Below, in pieces: positions 59,902-64,000 of a stretch of 64,000 nt of DNA; positions within the stretch are counted from its first letter, which is position 1, and every line of letters begins with the position of its first letter. This stretch comes from Planctomycetota bacterium (GTDB taxonomy: Bacteria > Planctomycetota > UBA8742 > UBA2392). The notes beneath the pieces were generated by a model. That model was not told where the DNA came from. It did no database searches and saw only the letters and a program-made list of their open reading frames with translations. The position numbers were made by a program, and so were the translations under genes. The stretch covers positions 4,058,761 through 4,122,760 of the forward strand of contig JADJRK010000001.1 in assembly GCA_016712285.1 (NCBI GenBank), given 5' to 3'.

Positions 59902-61005
59902 TTACTCGTCTTTGAACTCAATCAGTTCCATGGTGGTCTTGCCGCCGCTGGCTTCGCTGACAACTTTGACCAACAGGCCTGGGGTCTTCTTGGAGGTCCA
60001 GACGATGGACTTGGCGCCGTTGGCTTCGGTGGTGGTTTTCACGCACTCGAACTCGCCGGCTTCGACTTTGATGGTTTCGTCTTCGGTCTTCGGCGCCTCG
60101 GCGGGTGTCCCACCGTTGCCGGTTGCGGTCTTGAATTCGAGCTTGGTCTCGGTCGGCTCCATGCCGGGGTATGCCTTCTTGTCCTTGTCGAGCATGGTGT
60201 ACTTGACCATGGCGTACGTCTCGGTGACCTCGATGATCTCGGTCTTCATGTAGCTAGTGTTTTTGAACCCGCTGTAGTCTGACTCGGTGCGCATGGTCCA
60301 TGTGCGGCCCTTCTTCTTGTACAGGGCGAACGCATCGGTATCGCCAGCCTTGCCCTCGGCGGGCTTGGTCTCGTCGGGCTTGGACTCAGTGCTCTTGTCG
60401 TCTTTGGCGACGTTGTAGCTCTTGGCCAGTTCTGACTTCAGGTAGGCGCTGAACTCGGCTTTGCTGACCTTGCCGTCGCTGTCGGTGTCGACTGCCTTCC
60501 ATTCCTCATCGCTGGGTTCTTCGCCGTTGTCTGCGGCTGCGGCTTCTTTGCGGGTCAGCGAGCCGTCCTTGTCGGTGTCCATCTCTTTGTAGATTTCATC
60601 GACATAGGGCGTCAGGTATTCGGCTTCGACGACTTTCATGTCCTTGGCGGACAGGTCGGCCTTGAACTCCATATCGCTGTTGCGGCTGGTGACGTACTTC
60701 TTGAGCTCAGCCTTGGTCAACTCGTTGTTGTCGTCTTTGTCGGCGCTCAGGTAGTCCAGCAGGTACATCTGCAGGTACGTCAGATACAGCATCTCTGCGC
60801 CTTCTTCGGTTGTGGCTTCCTTCCGAAGCGCGGCTTTCAACTCGCTGAGCGTGATCGTTTCGTTCTTGTCCGTGTCCAGGGTTTCGAAATAGCTGTTGAC
60901 CTCGGCATCTGTCTCGTCGCCCTCTTCGGCGCCTCCCATTTGCGCCGACAACCCGCCGCACAGCAGCGTTGCCGCAAACAGCCAAATCCCGATTTTCGCG
61001 TTCAT
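59902..61005 (-). CDS. secreted EF-hand calcium-binding protein with C-terminal domain paralogous to the next gene
   Basis: Signal peptide; four DxDxDG-type loops (DTDKNETITLSELK, DKDDNNELTKAELK, DTDKDGSLTRKEA, DTDSDGKVSKAEF); AGGAGG RBS. Confidence 0.7.
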   Translation of the reverse strand: MNAKIGIWLFAATLLCGGLSAQMGGAEEGDETDAEVNSYFETLDTDKNETITLSELKAALRKEATTEEGAEMLYLTYLQMYLLDYLSADKDDNNELTKAELKKYVTSRNSDMEFKADLSAKDMKVVEAEYLTPYVDEIYKEMDTDKDGSLTRKEAAAADNGEEPSDEEWKAVDTDSDGKVSKAEFSAYLKSELAKSYNVAKDDKSTESKPDETKPAEGKAGDTDAFALYKKKGRTWTMRTESDYSGFKNTSYMKTEIIEVTETYAMVKYTMLDKDKKAYPGMEPTETKLEFKTATGNGGTPAEAPKTEDETIKVEAGEFECVKTTTEANGAKSIVWTSKKTPGLLVKVVSEASGGKTTMELIEFKDE

Positions 61006-61030
61006 ATTCAATCCTCCTGAGTTCCTGTTT

Positions 61031-62059
61031 TCATTCATCAAACTGCACAAGTTCAGTCAACTGTTCGAAGTCTTCGCCCGTGACTGTCAGGCGCACAACA
61101 AGCCCGGGCCATGCCTTGGCGTACCATGCGCAACAGGCGCGGCCCTCTTCGTCTTCGTAGGAGTGCACCTTGCATTCAAGCAGGCCCGCAATCGTGATGC
61201 GTTTTTCGGTGCGGTCAAGCCTTGAGCGCCGCTTGGGCTCAAGCCAGTCGCGCAAGTTTTCAGCAAAGTTGATGCTGACATTCTCTACCTTGGCGCCTTT
61301 CAGCTTCTCCAGCGTGAGCGTCAGGTCCGTGATCTCGAGCTCGCAGCTCTCTTTGTCCGCCGCCGTAATCTCGTACTGCTGCACAAGGAAACTGCGCACG
61401 CGGTTCTTGCCGCGTTGCGTTGTGGTCTTGTGGATCCACTTGCGCCCTTTGGTGCCGAACAGCCGGGTGTCAGTGATCTCTGCGTCTTCCGCCTCGCCCT
61501 TTTTCTTCTTCTTTGCCTTGGGCGCCTTGTAGCCGGGGTCGCCCTCGACCACATCGAGCTCAATCAATTCGCGGGTGCCGAAGCGGTCGTCAGACTTCAC
61601 CACCATGGTGGGATAATCCACGCTTCGCCACATGGTTGCACCGCCGTCGATCTCGTTTTCCCAGCGCACGCAATCAAACGTTCCCGCGGGCACCTTGATC
61701 TTTTCCTGCTTCACTTTCCGGAACCCGACCGGGTCGCGAAAGATCAGGCTGTCGGCCTGGAATGCGACTTTGACGATGGTGGCCGCGCCCTCGGACTCTT
61801 TCTTGTTTGCGTCGAGAATGGCCTGGCGCATTTCGGCGCGGTCGTCCCATACCGCGGTCACTTCGTGCCGCAGGTACGTGATCTGGTCGTCGCCACCTTC
61901 CTGGCCGGGCTTGGGCGAGCGTTTTAGCATCCAGGTGCGGCCCGCCACTCGGTACAGCACGAACTGGTCTGCCGGCGCGGGATCGTCCTTGGCGCCGGTG
62001 TAGCCGACGGCAGCGATGACCAGCGCGAGCGCAAACACCAGGCGGAATGCCGTGGCCAT
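61031..62059 (-). CDS. secreted hypothetical protein with two copies of the GR(T/K)W...ELxxF(K)DE domain
   Basis: Signal peptide MATAFRLVFALALVIAAVG; internal repeat; C-terminal ELVQFDE against ELIEFKDE in the neighbour. Confidence 0.6.
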   Translation of the reverse strand: MATAFRLVFALALVIAAVGYTGAKDDPAPADQFVLYRVAGRTWMLKRSPKPGQEGGDDQITYLRHEVTAVWDDRAEMRQAILDANKKESEGAATIVKVAFQADSLIFRDPVGFRKVKQEKIKVPAGTFDCVRWENEIDGGATMWRSVDYPTMVVKSDDRFGTRELIELDVVEGDPGYKAPKAKKKKKGEAEDAEITDTRLFGTKGRKWIHKTTTQRGKNRVRSFLVQQYEITAADKESCELEITDLTLTLEKLKGAKVENVSINFAENLRDWLEPKRRSRLDRTEKRITIAGLLECKVHSYEDEEGRACCAWYAKAWPGLVVRLTVTGEDFEQLTELVQFDE

Positions 62060-62194
62060 AACCTGCACCTGTGGCTGTGAGCAATGTCCGATTGTGGGAA
62101 GCGGGCACCCGCCGCGCAAGGAAAGAAACGAGGCGCGACGTGCCCGCAGGCCAATAGAATCCTACACTGCGCGGCACAGGAACAAGGAACGAAG

Positions 62195-63727
62195 ATGCAG
62201 AAGACCGGCGCAGACCGCGAACGAGTGCTTGAACTGCTGACCGAAATGGGCGGCGTCACCGAAGAAAACGTGCGCAAGATCGCCAAGCTCACGCGCGTAT
62301 CCGAGGCTGAAATCTGGGGCGCGGGCACCTTCTACCACCTGATCAACAAACCCGGCAAACGCATGCGCGTATGCAACGGGCTGACCTGCCGGCTGTTCGG
62401 CGCCGACGAAGTGATTGAAAGGCTGCGCGCCCAGGGCAAAGAGGTCACGGAGGCCACGTGCCTTGGCCAATGCGACCGCGCACCGGCTGCGCTCGACGAA
62501 GACATGAAGGTGATCGACTGGGCAAAGCAGGAGCGCAGCATCACGCCCGCCAATGACGATCTGCCGCTCAACCTGGCGGGCAAGCCGGACTACAAATTTG
62601 CAGCGCTGGAAGCCGCGCGCAAACTCAAGCCCGAGGACATCTTCAAGCTGCTTGAAGAAAGCGGACTGCAGGGCCGCGGCGGCGCGGGCTTTCCGGCGCA
62701 TATCAAATGGAAGGGCGTGGCCGGCCAGAAAGACCCCGTGCGCTACGTCGTGTGCAACGGCGACGAAGCCGAGCCCGCGACATTCAAGGACCGCGAGACG
62801 ATGCTGCGTCGCCCGGACAAACTGATCGAGGGCATGGCGATCGCGGCCTACGCGGTGGGGGCCAAAGAGGTCTATTTCTACATTCGAGGCGAGTTCAATG
62901 CCGAGTACGAGTCGGTGAAAGCCGCCCTGCACAAGGCCCCCGACAGCATCCAGAACCTGGACTGGCACTTCCACCGTGGCCATGGCGCCTACATCTGCGG
63001 CGAAGAGACAGCCATGCTGGAAAGCATGGAAGGCAAGCGCGGCATGCCGCGGCTGAAGCCGCCGTTTCCGCACGAGTTCGGGTTCCGCGGCAAGCCGACG
63101 CTGATCAACAACGTCGAGACTTTTGCGTGCGTGCCATACATTGTTCTGCAGGGCGGCGCGAAGTTCAAAGCCCACGGCCGCACCGAAGCCGGCAGCAAGC
63201 TGTACTGCATCAGCGGCCACGTGAACAAGCCAGGCGTCTATGAATTGCCCCTGGGCGCAACGCTGGATGAGCTGGTGGGGGCAGCGGGCGGCTACATGGG
63301 CAACCCGATGGCGTTCAGCCCGGGTGGGGCCAGCAGCGGATTTCTGCCGATCGAGAAGCGCAATGTCCCGCTGGATTTTAAGGGCCTGCAAAAGGAAGGC
63401 AGCATGCTGGGCAGCGCGGGCGTCGTGGTGCTCAACGACACCGTGGACATGGCCAAGGCTGCGCAATGGCAACTCGAATTCTTTGAGCTGGAAAGCTGCG
63501 GCCAGTGCGCGCCGTGCCGCATAGGCACGCGTTATCTGCACAACCAGGTCAGCAAGTACCTGAAGTCCGGCGACCCGGGCGCGCTCAAGCACGCCAACGA
63601 CGTAGGCTGGGAAATGGAAGAAGGCAGCATCTGCGGCCTGGGCATGGTAGCCCACAAGCCGCTGGTGGACGCCCTGAAGTACTTCCCTAAGGCGTTTCAG
63701 CCCCGGCCGGAAGGCCCGGGGGAGTGA
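62195..63727 (+). CDS. NuoE-NuoF fusion (NADH-binding 51-kDa-subunit-like flavoprotein with N-terminal [2Fe-2S] thioredoxin-like domain)
   Basis: NuoE-like Cys (VCNGLTC...CLGQCDRAP); NuoF motifs GRGGAGFP and 4Fe-4S ESCGQCAPCR. Confidence 0.85.
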   Translation: MQKTGADRERVLELLTEMGGVTEENVRKIAKLTRVSEAEIWGAGTFYHLINKPGKRMRVCNGLTCRLFGADEVIERLRAQGKEVTEATCLGQCDRAPAALDEDMKVIDWAKQERSITPANDDLPLNLAGKPDYKFAALEAARKLKPEDIFKLLEESGLQGRGGAGFPAHIKWKGVAGQKDPVRYVVCNGDEAEPATFKDRETMLRRPDKLIEGMAIAAYAVGAKEVYFYIRGEFNAEYESVKAALHKAPDSIQNLDWHFHRGHGAYICGEETAMLESMEGKRGMPRLKPPFPHEFGFRGKPTLINNVETFACVPYIVLQGGAKFKAHGRTEAGSKLYCISGHVNKPGVYELPLGATLDELVGAAGGYMGNPMAFSPGGASSGFLPIEKRNVPLDFKGLQKEGSMLGSAGVVVLNDTVDMAKAAQWQLEFFELESCGQCAPCRIGTRYLHNQVSKYLKSGDPGALKHANDVGWEMEEGSICGLGMVAHKPLVDALKYFPKAFQPRPEGPGE

Positions 63728-63742
63728 TTGCCAGGTCGCAGC

Positions 63743-64000
63743 ATGGCCACATACTTCATCACAATCACTTGCTACGGCACATGGCTTCACGGCGACGAGC
63801 GAGGTTCGCACGACCGAAAGGGAACCACGTTGGGCACAGCAATCTTGGCACCCGACGCGGCACTTGAGGCGCAGATGCGCCTGCGGATGAAACATCCGGA
63901 GATGAGGCTCAACGGGCCGATGCGCAAAACTGCAAGGGAGGCTGTCGTCGAGCACTGCGCCTATCGCGGTTGGGAACTTTGCGAACTCAGCGTGCGAACG
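63743..64000 (+). CDS. hypothetical protein, 3'-truncated by window end (possible IS200/RAYT-like Y-F-I-T-x-T motif)
   Basis: MATYFITITCYGTWLHGDERGS...; runs off the end of the window. Confidence 0.35.
   Translation, partial: MATYFITITCYGTWLHGDERGSHDRKGTTLGTAILAPDAALEAQMRLRMKHPEMRLNGPMRKTAREAVVEHCAYRGWELCELSVRT

Overview
High-GC (~65%) bacterial chromosomal segment, densely coding on both strands and mostly core/housekeeping. Recognisable genes include murJ, sfsA, nadA, trxA, gdhA, smc, truA, mtnA, hpf, ptsH, yvcK, a NuoE-NuoF fusion, a rhomboid protease, a PAS histidine kinase with a response regulator, and three tRNAs: Met-CAT at 364-439, Pro-TGG at 33923-33996, and Pro-GGG on the minus strand at 56570-56646. 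Two regions are unusual. (1) At 10.6-13.6 kb a ~200-bp high-GC coding module occurs in three well-conserved copies plus one degenerate copy, all on the minus strand. Each copy sits upstream of a different low-GC gene encoding a signal-anchored protein (an LRR protein and a small membrane protein). The units are linked by 4-nt GTGA/ATGA stop-start overlaps in one case and fused in-frame in another. This has the look of a cassette array, and I do not recognise the module family. (2) At 24.3-33.7 kb three paralogous membrane-anchored metallophosphoesterases, each with an internal twin-arginine-like motif, sit with a histidine-rich COG0523 metallochaperone GTPase and a TPR/SEC-C protein. The run is interrupted between paralogs 2 and 3 by a ~2-kb lower-GC island carrying two unknown genes and bordered by a SEC-C-motif remnant. 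Other oddities: a GTTGTCA-type repeat array next to tRNA-Pro, a GxxExxY gene flanked by ~26-bp inverted repeats, a double-ATP-cone NrdD-like protein without a glycyl-radical motif, a lysine-rich protein with an internal tandem duplication, and a CDS whose 3' end overlaps tRNA-Met. Nothing here was searched against databases; product calls rest on motifs read from the translations.
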